64,000 nt of DNA. It comes from an uncultured Methanosarcinales archaeon. GTDB lineage: Archaea > Nanobdellota > Nanobdellia > Woesearchaeales > JACPBV01. How positions within the stretch are numbered: position 1 is the first letter of the stretch; the number at the start of each line of letters is the position of its first letter. Positions 53,513 to 63,100 of this stretch are shown in pieces. The notes beneath the pieces are model-generated. The model worked only from the letters and a program-made list of their open reading frames with translations, made no database searches and was not told the origin of the DNA. The stretch lies in the NCBI GenBank assembly GCA_964577685.1, contig CAZNZT010000003.1, positions 11,083 through 75,082 of the forward strand, in the 5' to 3' direction. The position numbers were made by a program, and so were the translations under genes.

Positions 53513-54787
53513 TCAGCTTTTATTTAGCTTTCTTAGACCGTACTCTGCGGCCATGTTGAGGACATCATAATAGTCAGAGAGGGCTGGGCAGTATGCTAGT
53601 TCCAGATTAAAAACATCCTTCAGGGTGAATCCTGACTTTATTGCGGTTGCTATGATGTTTATCCTTTCCTTTGCTCCTGTGCCAATTGCTTGCCCTCCTA
53701 TGAGTCTTTCTTTTTCATCTGCGATTAATTTGACTACAATCTCTTTACTTTCGCCAAACCATCTTGGTCTATTCAGACCTTTTGCTTTGCTTGTTATTGT
53801 TTTAATCTTAAAGTAATCAGCAAAGAATGAATTAAAACCAGTTGATGCTATTTCTATGTCATCAATAAGAGAAACAAATGTGTTAAGGATTCCATCATAC
53901 TTTTGATTTCCACCAACAGCATTAGAACCAGCAACAGTTCCTTCTTTGTAAGCATTGTTCGCTAGTTGGGATGGCATCTCTTCTTTGTTTATTAATGAAA
54001 AAACACAACAGCAATCCCCGGCAGCATAAATATCCTTAACATTGGTCTGCATTTCCTCATTAACCTTAATCCCAAACTTGTTTGTTTCTATTTCATCTGG
54101 CAGAAAATCAATATTTGGCCTCACTCCCGTAGCCATTATGACAACAGCTTTTTCTTTGATTTCATCTATTTTCTCTCCAAGCCTTAGTTTAATCCCTTTC
54201 CTCTTTAGCTTTTCTTCTAGGATTTCAGAAATATCCTTATCAATAGCCTTCGGAAATGTTGATGGTAACATGTCTATTACTTCTACATCTATCCCTCTTT
54301 TGTTTAGTGCAACAGCACACTCTAGCCCAATAGCACCAGCACCAATTATTATCGCTTTTTTTCCTTTTTCAATATTTGTCTCTAGTTTCTCCACATCTTC
54401 TATCCTGTTTATAGTGAATACTTTGTTGTTTGTTTTTATTGGTGGTATGAATGGCTTAGAACCAGTGGCTATTATTAGTTTGTCGTACTTTATCTTTTCT
54501 CTTTTTCCATCTTTTTCATATTCTACTGTTTTATCTTTTATATTGATGCCTGTCACATGAGAATTCAGACAGAGCCTTACACCCATCCTTTCTGCATTTA
54601 TAGAGTGTTTCAGTTTTTCTATGTTGTCAATAGTCCCTTCAAGAAAGAAAGGCAACCCACATGAATGCATCAAATCAAAATCTTTGTTGTCTATTATTGT
54701 TATTTCTATGTCCCTTCTTTGTTTCTTTGCAGATAGGACCGCACCAAACCCAGCCGCTCCTAAGCCCAAAATTACCAATCTTACCAT
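53513..54787 (-). CDS. pyridine nucleotide-disulfide oxidoreductase (CoA-disulfide reductase / NADH oxidase type)
   Basis: FAD GxGxxG ILGLGAAGFG. Single redox Cys motif HSCGLPFF. Second dinucleotide fold IIGAGAIGLECA. Confidence 0.8.
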   Translation of the reverse strand: MVRLVILGLGAAGFGAVLSAKKQRRDIEITIIDNKDFDLMHSCGLPFFLEGTIDNIEKLKHSINAERMGVRLCLNSHVTGINIKDKTVEYEKDGKREKIKYDKLIIATGSKPFIPPIKTNNKVFTINRIEDVEKLETNIEKGKKAIIIGAGAIGLECAVALNKRGIDVEVIDMLPSTFPKAIDKDISEILEEKLKRKGIKLRLGEKIDEIKEKAVVIMATGVRPNIDFLPDEIETNKFGIKVNEEMQTNVKDIYAAGDCCCVFSLINKEEMPSQLANNAYKEGTVAGSNAVGGNQKYDGILNTFVSLIDDIEIASTGFNSFFADYFKIKTITSKAKGLNRPRWFGESKEIVVKLIADEKERLIGGQAIGTGAKERINIIATAIKSGFTLKDVFNLELAYCPALSDYYDVLNMAAEYGLRKLNKS

Positions 54788-54865
54788 TATATTTAATATA
54801 TCAAAAACAAATACTTTAAAAGTTTTTGGATAATCTTTATAAATGCAAGAGGGGTTCCTTTTACT

Positions 54866-56218
54866 ATGGTCCTAGAAAAATTGGGTTCAAGCCTAAGAAA
54901 CACATTAAGTAGAATAGCAAAATCCCTATTTGTAGATGAAAAACTGATAAACGAACTAATCAAGGATATACAAAGAGCATTATTACAGGCTGATGTTAAT
55001 GTTAAGCTTGTTTTTGATTTAACCAATAAAATCAAAGAAAGGATAAAAAAAGAGGAAACACCAAAGGGATTAACAAAGAAGGAACACCTTATTAATATTG
55101 TTTATGAAGAACTTGTGAATTTCTTAGGAAAGGAGGCATACAGGATAGAAATAAGGGAAAGACCATTCAAAATTATGCTCGTTGGTTTGTTCGGCTCTGG
55201 AAAAACAACAACAGCAGGCAAACTAGCAAGATACTTCTCAAAAAGAGGATACAAGGTGGCTCTTGTAGGCTTAGATACTCATAGACCGGCAGCCATGGAG
55301 CAGATTGCCCAGATTGGTAAGCAAGCAAATGTTCCTGCTTATTTTGATAAAAAGGAAAGGGATGCTGTTAAGATATGGAACAGATTCAAGGATGAGTATA
55401 AAAAATATGATATCCTGATTATTGATACCGCTGGGAGAGATGCATTGTCTAAAGAGCTAATCCAAGAGATTGAAAAACTAAACAAGGAAATAAAGCCGAA
55501 TGAAAATCTTCTTGTTATTTCTGCAGACATTGGACAGGCAGCCCAAAAACAAGCACAGCAGTTCCATGAATCTTGTCATGTTACTGGTGTGATAGCAACA
55601 AAGATGGATGGCAGTGCTAAGGCGGGTGGTGCCTTAAGTGCATGTGCTGTAACCAAAGCACCTATAAAGTTTATTGGTGTGGGAGAGAAACTTGATGATT
55701 TGGAACAGTTTAATCCACCTGGTTTTGTTGGCAGGTTGCTTGGGATGGGTGATTTGGAGGCACTCTTGGAGAAGGCAAAGGAGGCAATAACAGAGGAAGA
55801 GGCAGAGGATTTAGGAAAACGCTTGCTTAAAGGGGAATTTACCCTGATTGATTTGTATGAACAGATGGAGGCAATGAGTAAGATGGGACCTCTTTCTAAG
55901 CTGATTGAGATGATTCCGGGATTCGGTCAATTAAAATTGCCCAAGGAACTATTACAGGTTCAAGAAGATAAGCTTAAGAAATGGAAATATGCTATACAAT
56001 CAATGACTAGGGAAGAGCTGGAAAATCCTGAGATTATTAATCTAGGTAGGATTGAGAGGATTTCAAAGGGTTCTGGTGTTCCAATATCTGACATTAGGCT
56101 GCTGATAAAACAGTATAGGCAGTCTAAGAAATTGATAAAGATGATGGGAGGGAAGGGAGATATAAACAAATTAATGAAAAGGTTTCAAGGCAGATTGCCT
56201 AAGGGCTTTTCAATCTAG
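54866..56218 (+). CDS. srp54: signal recognition particle protein SRP54
   Basis: GLFGSGKTTT, DTAGRD, TKMDGSAKAGGALS, and a Met-rich M domain (MEAMSKMGPLSKLIEMIPG). Confidence 0.95.
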   Translation: MVLEKLGSSLRNTLSRIAKSLFVDEKLINELIKDIQRALLQADVNVKLVFDLTNKIKERIKKEETPKGLTKKEHLINIVYEELVNFLGKEAYRIEIRERPFKIMLVGLFGSGKTTTAGKLARYFSKRGYKVALVGLDTHRPAAMEQIAQIGKQANVPAYFDKKERDAVKIWNRFKDEYKKYDILIIDTAGRDALSKELIQEIEKLNKEIKPNENLLVISADIGQAAQKQAQQFHESCHVTGVIATKMDGSAKAGGALSACAVTKAPIKFIGVGEKLDDLEQFNPPGFVGRLLGMGDLEALLEKAKEAITEEEAEDLGKRLLKGEFTLIDLYEQMEAMSKMGPLSKLIEMIPGFGQLKLPKELLQVQEDKLKKWKYAIQSMTREELENPEIINLGRIERISKGSGVPISDIRLLIKQYRQSKKLIKMMGGKGDINKLMKRFQGRLPKGFSI

Positions 56219-56784
56219 CTTTTTTGGTATCTGCCCATTAACTCTGCTTTTGCAATAGCATGCTTTTCAACTTCCCTGTAGAAATCTTCCTTGTTTTCTG
56301 CTTCAAGTTTTTCTACATCCAAGGCATATAGCTTAAAGAAGTATCTGTGCACTCCTGATGGAGGACATGGCCCTCCATAATCTTCTTTACCAAAGTCATT
56401 TATAACTTGCTTCCCAGGAACGCTATTCTGTGGAATTTCCCTTACCTCTGGTGGGATATCCTTTACTAGCCAATGTACCCATGTTCCCATTGGTGCATCT
56501 GGGTCATCAACAATCAAAGCAAAACTTTTTGTTCCCTCTGGAACATCCTCCCATTTTAGATGTGGGTTTATATCCTCTCCTTGGCAAGTGAATTTTCTTG
56601 GAATCATCTCTCCTTCTTTGAAATCATCACTTGTTAATTTCATGCTACCACCCCCTATTTGTTTTTCTTCTTTTATGGTTGTTGTTCTATGAATTTCTTT
56701 TTCAACAACCTCCTGTTTGATACAACCAATCAACATAGCAACTAAAAAAATTCCTAGGATTGAAATGATGTTTGTTCTTTTCAT
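56215..56784 (-). CDS. PEBP-family (YbhB/YbcL-type) protein with signal/lipobox
   Basis: LVAMLIGC lipobox-like signal. LIVDDPDAPMGTWVHW and YGGPCPPSGVHRYFFKLYALD are PEBP signatures. ATG at 56784 avoids overlap with the upstream gene. Confidence 0.75.
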   Translation of the reverse strand: MKRTNIISILGIFLVAMLIGCIKQEVVEKEIHRTTTIKEEKQIGGGSMKLTSDDFKEGEMIPRKFTCQGEDINPHLKWEDVPEGTKSFALIVDDPDAPMGTWVHWLVKDIPPEVREIPQNSVPGKQVINDFGKEDYGGPCPPSGVHRYFFKLYALDVEKLEAENKEDFYREVEKHAIAKAELMGRYQKS

Positions 56785-56830
56785 AATATAAAATGATAGG
56801 GGAGAATTCTTAATAAACTTTTCTAATCTC

Positions 56831-57946
56831 TTAGCAGTGTTCAATATATGTATACATATTCCCCTTGTAGTTTTTTAGAACTATCTTCTTGTCATCCCTT
56901 TCCACTACATAGTTTGGTAATAGAGGGATTTTTCCTCCTCCTCCGGGGGAATCTATAACAAAATGAGGAACAGCTAAGCCAGATGTCCAGCCCTGTATGG
57001 CTTTTATTATCTCAATCCCCTTTTCAACCTTTGTTCTGAAATGGTTTATCCCCTTTGTCATATCAGCTTGGTAGATGTAGTATGGTCTTACCCTAATCTC
57101 TAATAGTTTCTGCATTAGTTCTTTCATAACCTTGGGGTCGTCATTAACCCCTTTCAGTAAAACAGTCTGGCTACTTAATGGAATTCCTGCATCTGATAAC
57201 ATTTCACAAGCTTTAGCACTTAGTTCAGTGATTTCATCTGGATGCTCAAAGTGGACATTGATGTAAAGGGGATGATACTTTTTTAGCATTTCACACAGCT
57301 CTGGAGTTATTCTATGAGGTAAGGCACATGGTATTCTTGTGCCTATTCTTATAATCTTTACATGCGGTATCTTTCTTAGTTCTTTTAGAATCCATTCTAG
57401 ATATGCATCAGAAAGCAAAAGTGGATCTCCACCAGATAGCAAAACATCTCTGATTTCTTTGTGTTTTCTTATATATTCAATGCCTTGCATAATCTGTTTT
57501 TTTGTTATTCTTTTAAACGGATCCCCTACCTTTCTTTTTCTTGTACAGAACCTACAATACATTGCACATTGATTGCAAACAAGAAATAATACCCTGTCAG
57601 GATATCTGTGGGTTAGTCCAGGAACAGGCGAATCTCTCTCTTCGCATAATGGGTCTTCAAATCCTTCTGGATCTTCTAATTCTCTTATGTCAGGGATACA
57701 TTGCTTCCATATAGGATCATCTTTTTTCTTTATTAGACTTAGATAATATGGGTTGATTCTCATAGGATATCTTTTTATTACAGCCCTTATCTTTTCTTTG
57801 TCAATATTTCCTTTACAGATTAAATCTAACTGTTCTTCATTTACAACACTTTTTCCTAGTAACTCTTTCCATACAGAAATATTTTTTATTTCTTGAACAA
57901 CATTTTTTTTCAACAGGGTTTCATATTGTTGTTCTATCATTTGCAT
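56831..57946 (-). CDS. KamA-family radical-SAM aminomutase (lysine 2,3-aminomutase-like)
   Basis: CAMYCRFCTRKRK (CxxxCxxC) and LLSGGDPLLL. 371 aa, the short KamA/EpmB-like size class. Confidence 0.85.
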   Translation of the reverse strand: MQMIEQQYETLLKKNVVQEIKNISVWKELLGKSVVNEEQLDLICKGNIDKEKIRAVIKRYPMRINPYYLSLIKKKDDPIWKQCIPDIRELEDPEGFEDPLCEERDSPVPGLTHRYPDRVLFLVCNQCAMYCRFCTRKRKVGDPFKRITKKQIMQGIEYIRKHKEIRDVLLSGGDPLLLSDAYLEWILKELRKIPHVKIIRIGTRIPCALPHRITPELCEMLKKYHPLYINVHFEHPDEITELSAKACEMLSDAGIPLSSQTVLLKGVNDDPKVMKELMQKLLEIRVRPYYIYQADMTKGINHFRTKVEKGIEIIKAIQGWTSGLAVPHFVIDSPGGGGKIPLLPNYVVERDDKKIVLKNYKGNMYTYIEHC

Positions 57947-58204
57947 TCACTCTTTCGTTTTTATAGTATTATTATAGATTTGTTTTTTAGTAAAATAAAA
58001 GAAATCTTTTTCCTTTTCATCTATCATCTCTTTCCACCAATTTTTTTAGTTTTACCTCCTATTTTTTTATTATTTTTTTGAAATTACTTATATTTAAATC
58101 TTATTATTTTTTTAATTTCTCGTCTATAAATCTTAAAAAATTTTAAAGAATTTTGCAAAGTAAAGCAATAAAAAATTAAATTTTTTTTATTTAATCGGCG
58201 AGAA

Positions 58205-59587
58205 TTATAGTTTACATCTTGCATATCTGTCTTCAAATTTTTCTTTTTCTTTTGCTAAGATTAACCTCTTGTTTTTTATAACAACATATGGTGCAGTTTC
58301 TTTTAAAAAACGCCAAGCTCTTGAAAAGTTGTATGACCCCTGATTCAGTATTGCTAAGATATCTCCTCTTTTTGCTTTTCTTCCGTAATATGAGTAGCCC
58401 CATAAATCGTTTGGTGTGCATAAGGGACCATATACTATTTCCCTCCTTAATCTGAACGAAGGATTTGATAAATTAATTATTGGGGCGAATAGATACTCTG
58501 AAAAATCAGACCCACCTATTAAGTTAATCCCACCATCAACTATTATGCTATTCTTCTTTCTAGCAATAACCTTTACTAGGATGTGAGTTGAGTTTGTATT
58601 GATGTATCTACCGGGTTCAAAGAAGATTTTAATATCTTTTTTTAGAGTAAAGATATATCTCTTAAGGTATTTTGATATGTCTTTTGCAAACTTTTCCAAT
58701 GGGTCAACTTCGTCAATGTAGAACCTATATGGGTCAAAGTTAGCATCTTTGTTTGAGAAATCTCTTATCATCTCTATTAAAGAGAATTTGTGACTAAACT
58801 TTAATAATAACGCTGTATCTTTTTGGTAAAACCCACCACCTATGTCCAAGAATTCTATCTTTGATATATCTTCTTTTGAAAAATTATTTTTTAGATAAGA
58901 ACCAATCAGTTTAATATTTCTGCAATATCTTTCTGCTGTTTCATTCCATGAGGAATGGAAATGCAATCCAATAATTTTTATATTGTTCTTTTTGGCTTTT
59001 TTTATTGTTCCTCCTAAATCCTTTAAATCCACCCCAAACTTTGACCACTTTCTCATTATCTTTTTGTCTGTGTTTATCCTTATACTGGCTTTTATTCTTT
59101 TGTTTTTAGTCAGCTTTATTATTTTCTCTAACTCGTCTTGATTGTCAATATTTATTATCACTTTGCTTTTGTTTTTTATAGCTGCCTTTATTTCATTTAT
59201 AGTTTTGCCTGGACTTGTGAATATTATCTTCTTGAATTTCAACTTCAGAGCCAATTGTAACTCAAAAAGACTACCAACATCCGCGTTATATCCTTCCTTT
59301 TGTAGTGTTTTTATTAGGTATGGCAAATCATTTGATTTAAAGGCATAGAAAAATTCAGAGTTTGCTACATATTTTCTGAAAGTGTTGATAAAGAATATAG
59401 CATCTTTTTTTAGCTTTTTTTCATCAAGTATGTATAATGGGGTGTCAAAAGTTCTTGTTGCTTTAAGAAGAATTTTTTTCTTATTTGTTATATCTGCTAT
59501 ATGGTTCTTGTAATAGCTTCCGTCATCTGTTTTTATCTTTTCCTCCCATGCTTTTTTTATTATTTTTGATATTTCTCTCCATCTCAT
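58205..59587 (-). CDS. fold-III PLP-dependent decarboxylase (Orn/DAP/Arg decarboxylase family)
   Basis: PLP-lysine block FFYAFKSNDLPYLIKTL, LDIGGGF, and the catalytic Cys region YGPLCTPNDL. About 40-aa N-terminal extension. Confidence 0.75.
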   Translation of the reverse strand: MRWREISKIIKKAWEEKIKTDDGSYYKNHIADITNKKKILLKATRTFDTPLYILDEKKLKKDAIFFINTFRKYVANSEFFYAFKSNDLPYLIKTLQKEGYNADVGSLFELQLALKLKFKKIIFTSPGKTINEIKAAIKNKSKVIINIDNQDELEKIIKLTKNKRIKASIRINTDKKIMRKWSKFGVDLKDLGGTIKKAKKNNIKIIGLHFHSSWNETAERYCRNIKLIGSYLKNNFSKEDISKIEFLDIGGGFYQKDTALLLKFSHKFSLIEMIRDFSNKDANFDPYRFYIDEVDPLEKFAKDISKYLKRYIFTLKKDIKIFFEPGRYINTNSTHILVKVIARKKNSIIVDGGINLIGGSDFSEYLFAPIINLSNPSFRLRREIVYGPLCTPNDLWGYSYYGRKAKRGDILAILNQGSYNFSRAWRFLKETAPYVVIKNKRLILAKEKEKFEDRYARCKL

Positions 59588-60909
59588 TTGTTTAGTTCTT
59601 CTTTGTAGATTGATTTTACTTGTGTCTTTATTTTTTTTGGTATGGAAACTGCAGTATGTATCTTAAAAAATCTGTTGTAGAGTTCGTCTTCTCTTTCCTT
59701 TGCTTCTGCTAAGAAGTTTTCCTTGAATTTTTTTATTAGGTAGCCATTCTTTTTGTTCCTGTAAGCCAAATAGAATGCAAGTAATTGCTCATCCCTTACA
59801 GCTTTTGGCTTTTCATATATTCTAAATGGCTTATTAAAAAGAGGGTATAATCTTTTGTATTCTTTATTAAAAAAATTAATTTTGAAGTCTATAATCTTTG
59901 GATTTATGTTGTTTGCTACAAGATATAAGAAGGCTTTTGCACACATGGGGCAATTGTAACACCATCTACTTTTTTTATTCCCTATTTCCTGGGAACAGGA
60001 CATCTGATATTTTGCGATAGCAGGATATCTGTTAAAAAGAACTTTTATTTCTGCTATGTTATATAGAGGTTCTACAAGGCTACACAGTCTTATTTTGTTA
60101 TTGGTGAATCCTCTTAAGGATTTGCTTTGCTCTAGCATCCAGTTACTATTTTGTTCGTGTGATGGATATACATTGAATCCTTCTTTGTTGGTAAAGTAAT
60201 CATTAAAGTTCTGTTCATTCCCAAATATTATGTATTCAGATTTGTTGTATATTGCAAATGGAAGCAATATAGCCATATATGAGCTCATGGCATTTGTAGC
60301 TACAATCCCTTTTGAGTTTGTTTTGTTTATCCTTTTGTGAGTAGAAATATCGTCTATATAGTCATACACTATGCTTATCTTTTCTTTGAACTCTTTTTTA
60401 AATTTTTTTACTAACCTGAGTTTATGATATGCTTCAAGGTCCCAAAAATCTTGTACTAAGACTAGTTTGGGATTTAGATTTAGTTCTTTTGCAATAGCAT
60501 AAGATAATAGGCTGTCTTTGCCAAAGGAGATACTAACTATGCTAGAGCCTTCTGTGGAAATGTTTTTAATCTTCTTTGTATAGTTATACTTAAACCTAAT
60601 TTTTCTTTTTTTAAATTTTTCAATTAATTCTTTGGAAGAGATGTTGTCTTCTTCGGCTATTCTTGGGATGTCTAGTTCCATTCCTTTGTCAGCTAGTCTC
60701 CTCATATATGGAACAGAGAAATTGTAGTGTATTTCTTCTTCTAGGAACAATGAATATGGTGATGTTTTAAGGTAAATTATGTTTTCAGCTATAGTTTTTT
60801 TTGTTTCTTTACTGATGGATTCCCAAACAGCCCTTGGGTATTCAATTTTAAAGTTTTTTTGAAGATTTATAGAGAAGCCTGTTTTTAACAATCTGCTTTT
60901 TATTTCCAT
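59584..60909 (-). CDS. PP-loop (adenine nucleotide alpha-hydrolase-like) protein of unknown specificity
   Basis: SISFGKDSLLSY matches the SGGxDS PP-loop with one substitution. C-terminal RWCYNCPMC. The rest is unrecognised. Overlaps both neighbours (4 nt and 10 nt). Confidence 0.5.
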   Translation of the reverse strand: MEIKSRLLKTGFSINLQKNFKIEYPRAVWESISKETKKTIAENIIYLKTSPYSLFLEEEIHYNFSVPYMRRLADKGMELDIPRIAEEDNISSKELIEKFKKRKIRFKYNYTKKIKNISTEGSSIVSISFGKDSLLSYAIAKELNLNPKLVLVQDFWDLEAYHKLRLVKKFKKEFKEKISIVYDYIDDISTHKRINKTNSKGIVATNAMSSYMAILLPFAIYNKSEYIIFGNEQNFNDYFTNKEGFNVYPSHEQNSNWMLEQSKSLRGFTNNKIRLCSLVEPLYNIAEIKVLFNRYPAIAKYQMSCSQEIGNKKSRWCYNCPMCAKAFLYLVANNINPKIIDFKINFFNKEYKRLYPLFNKPFRIYEKPKAVRDEQLLAFYLAYRNKKNGYLIKKFKENFLAEAKEREDELYNRFFKIHTAVSIPKKIKTQVKSIYKEELNK

Positions 60910-61892
60910 CTTGATAAGGCACTTTCTATTATTTTTGCTATTAGCTCTTTGTATGTGTATCCTTTTGCTTTTGCCATTGCTGCTAGTCCAGCATCTTCTG
61001 AGATGTCAGGATTCGGATTGATTTCTAGGACATATGGGTTGTTTTCTTTGTCTACCCTAAAATCAACCCTATAATAATCCTCACACATCATAAGCCTTGA
61101 AGCCTTTAATGCTAAATTGATTAGTTTTCTTTTTAGTTTCTCATCAATCTTCGCTGGGCAGCTTCTTTTTGTCTCCTTGTAGTCAATGGTATTCTCTTTC
61201 CACTTTGCATTATAGTTAACGATTCTTGGCTTATCTTTTGGTAGTCCATCAAAAGTTATCTCAGAAATAGGTAATACCTCATTTCCTACAATCCCTACAT
61301 TGAATTCCCTGCCTTCAATAAACTCCTCTACTAGTGCTGGTTGTTTGTATTTGGCTATGATGTCACTTATTTTTTTTCTTAGCTCTTTTTCATCCTTTAC
61401 AACAGAGTCGTCTCTTATCCCAATAGATGCATCCTCACGAACTGGTTTCACTATTAGTGGAAATCTTAGGCCTTTCTTGATATTTTCTTTGCTATTCTCA
61501 AAGACTTGGAATTTTGGAGTTGGTATTTTGTGGTACATCAGTATTTTTTTGGCTCTTGCTTTGTTTAAGCACATCGCTAAGGTTAAGTAACCTGAGCCAG
61601 TATAAGGTATTCCAAGAATATCAAGTATTGCGGGTAAGTGTGGTTCTAGGGTGGGGTCTGAAAAAAAACCATCATCACACAAGTTGAATACCATATCAAT
61701 ATTTTTTTTATTGTTTCGTAAAGTTTCAAATAGGTCTAGGTCTACATAATATTGCAATACTTCATGTCCTAGTTCTTTTAACACATTCATGACAGAAAAA
61801 GCATCATCATTTGTATCTCTACCTTCCCAATCAATAGGTTCGTAGCTTTTTGAATCGTCTTCTCTTCTCGTAAATACAACTGCTATTTTCAT
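60900..61892 (-). CDS. Ddl-like ATP-grasp ligase (copy 2)
   Basis: KIAVVF..., LGIPYTGSGYLTLAMCLNKARAKKIL, IVKPVREDASIGI, VEEFIEGREFNV, VLEINPNPDI. ATG at 61892 preferred over the TTG at 61901. Confidence 0.75.
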   Translation of the reverse strand: MKIAVVFTRREDDSKSYEPIDWEGRDTNDDAFSVMNVLKELGHEVLQYYVDLDLFETLRNNKKNIDMVFNLCDDGFFSDPTLEPHLPAILDILGIPYTGSGYLTLAMCLNKARAKKILMYHKIPTPKFQVFENSKENIKKGLRFPLIVKPVREDASIGIRDDSVVKDEKELRKKISDIIAKYKQPALVEEFIEGREFNVGIVGNEVLPISEITFDGLPKDKPRIVNYNAKWKENTIDYKETKRSCPAKIDEKLKRKLINLALKASRLMMCEDYYRVDFRVDKENNPYVLEINPNPDISEDAGLAAMAKAKGYTYKELIAKIIESALSRWK

Positions 61893-61901
61893 AAAAACCA
61901 A

Positions 61902-62936
61902 TCATCTACCTATTGCTAGCTTTGTTTTGATTTTCCATCTCTTTAAACCAGCGTTTAATATCTCTCCAACAAGCTTTTCATAACTCCAGCCAAGAGTATA
62001 TGCTGCTCTGGGCATTCTTGAGTTTTCTTTTGGGTCTTTAATCAAGCCAACTGGAGTATTAACCTCTAGGACATTTGGAATTTTGTTTTTGTCTAGCCTT
62101 ATATCTATTCTTGCCCAGTCTTTACAGTCAAGAACCCTGAATGTTTTTAGGGACACTTCTTTTATTTTTTCTTCAAGGTCTCTATCAATTTCTGCTGGAC
62201 ATATTAGCGGGTCTGCTTCCTTATTGTTTTTTGGGTTATCATATATCCACTTTGCTTCATAGGAATCAAAATTGTTTAGATGGTCTGGTAAATGGTGGAA
62301 CCTAATCTCTACTATTGGCAGTATAATGGGATTTTCGTTTCCTATTATAGATACTGTAAATTCTTCTCCATCTAGAAACTCTTCAACAATAGCTTCTTGC
62401 TTGTATCTTTTTATTATTCTCCTGACAACATTTCTTAATTCATTTTCATTGTTCACTAGGTTCTTGTTGTTTAATCCCTTTGATGAACCCTCAGCTATCG
62501 CCTTTACAAGAACTGGAAATTCTAACAATAGGTTTTCGTTTTCATTCTTCATAATCTGGAACCTTGGAGTGGGTATATTATAGTATCCTAAAATCTCTTT
62601 TGTTCTTGCTTTGTTTAGGATTATTCCAGATGTAAGTGGATCCGGACCAAGGTATGGTATCTTTAACATCTCACAGAAAATGGGTATTTGTGATTCTCTG
62701 CTTCTTCCTTCTATTCCTTCTGCAAAATTAAATACAAAATCAATCTTTTCTCTATTTTTTTTTAGGTTAATATAAGCTTCTTCGTTTGCTTCAATTAGTA
62801 TGCATTTATGTCCATTTGCTTCTATTGCTTCTTTTAGATTATTTATTGTTTCTATGGAGTCATATTCTATATGAAGGTCTTCTTCGTTTTTTTTGATTAA
62901 AGAAGGTTTCAGATTAAAAGTCAGTGCTATGTTCAT
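61902..62936 (-). CDS. Ddl-like ATP-grasp ligase (copy 1)
   Basis: LKIPYLGPDPLTSGIILNKARTKEIL, LVKAIAEGSSKGL, VEEFLDGEEFTV, VLEVNTPVGL. Confidence 0.75.
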   Translation of the reverse strand: MNIALTFNLKPSLIKKNEEDLHIEYDSIETINNLKEAIEANGHKCILIEANEEAYINLKKNREKIDFVFNFAEGIEGRSRESQIPIFCEMLKIPYLGPDPLTSGIILNKARTKEILGYYNIPTPRFQIMKNENENLLLEFPVLVKAIAEGSSKGLNNKNLVNNENELRNVVRRIIKRYKQEAIVEEFLDGEEFTVSIIGNENPIILPIVEIRFHHLPDHLNNFDSYEAKWIYDNPKNNKEADPLICPAEIDRDLEEKIKEVSLKTFRVLDCKDWARIDIRLDKNKIPNVLEVNTPVGLIKDPKENSRMPRAAYTLGWSYEKLVGEILNAGLKRWKIKTKLAIGR

Positions 62937-63100
62937 GAGATAATCGCATTAAAAAATTAGAAAACTTATATTTAAAGATTTCTTTTTTGTTTGTAAACTT
63001 GTTGAATAATTTTTGATTAAATTAATTGGTTTTTTTATTTTTATTTTAAATCAAAACCAAATCAAAAAGTTTATATACAATAGTTATTAGTAAACTGAGT

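Noticed and set aside
57947-58204. 258-bp AT-rich gap between the decarboxylase and KamA genes, considered as a riboswitch or ncRNA. It contains a 26-codon uORF (MIDEKEKDFFYFTKKQIYNNTIKTKE) just upstream of kamA.
   Set aside because: I could find no conserved-looking helices or known riboswitch motifs by eye, and the sequence is mostly homopolymeric A/T runs. The uORF has no RBS. It is most simply an internal promoter region.
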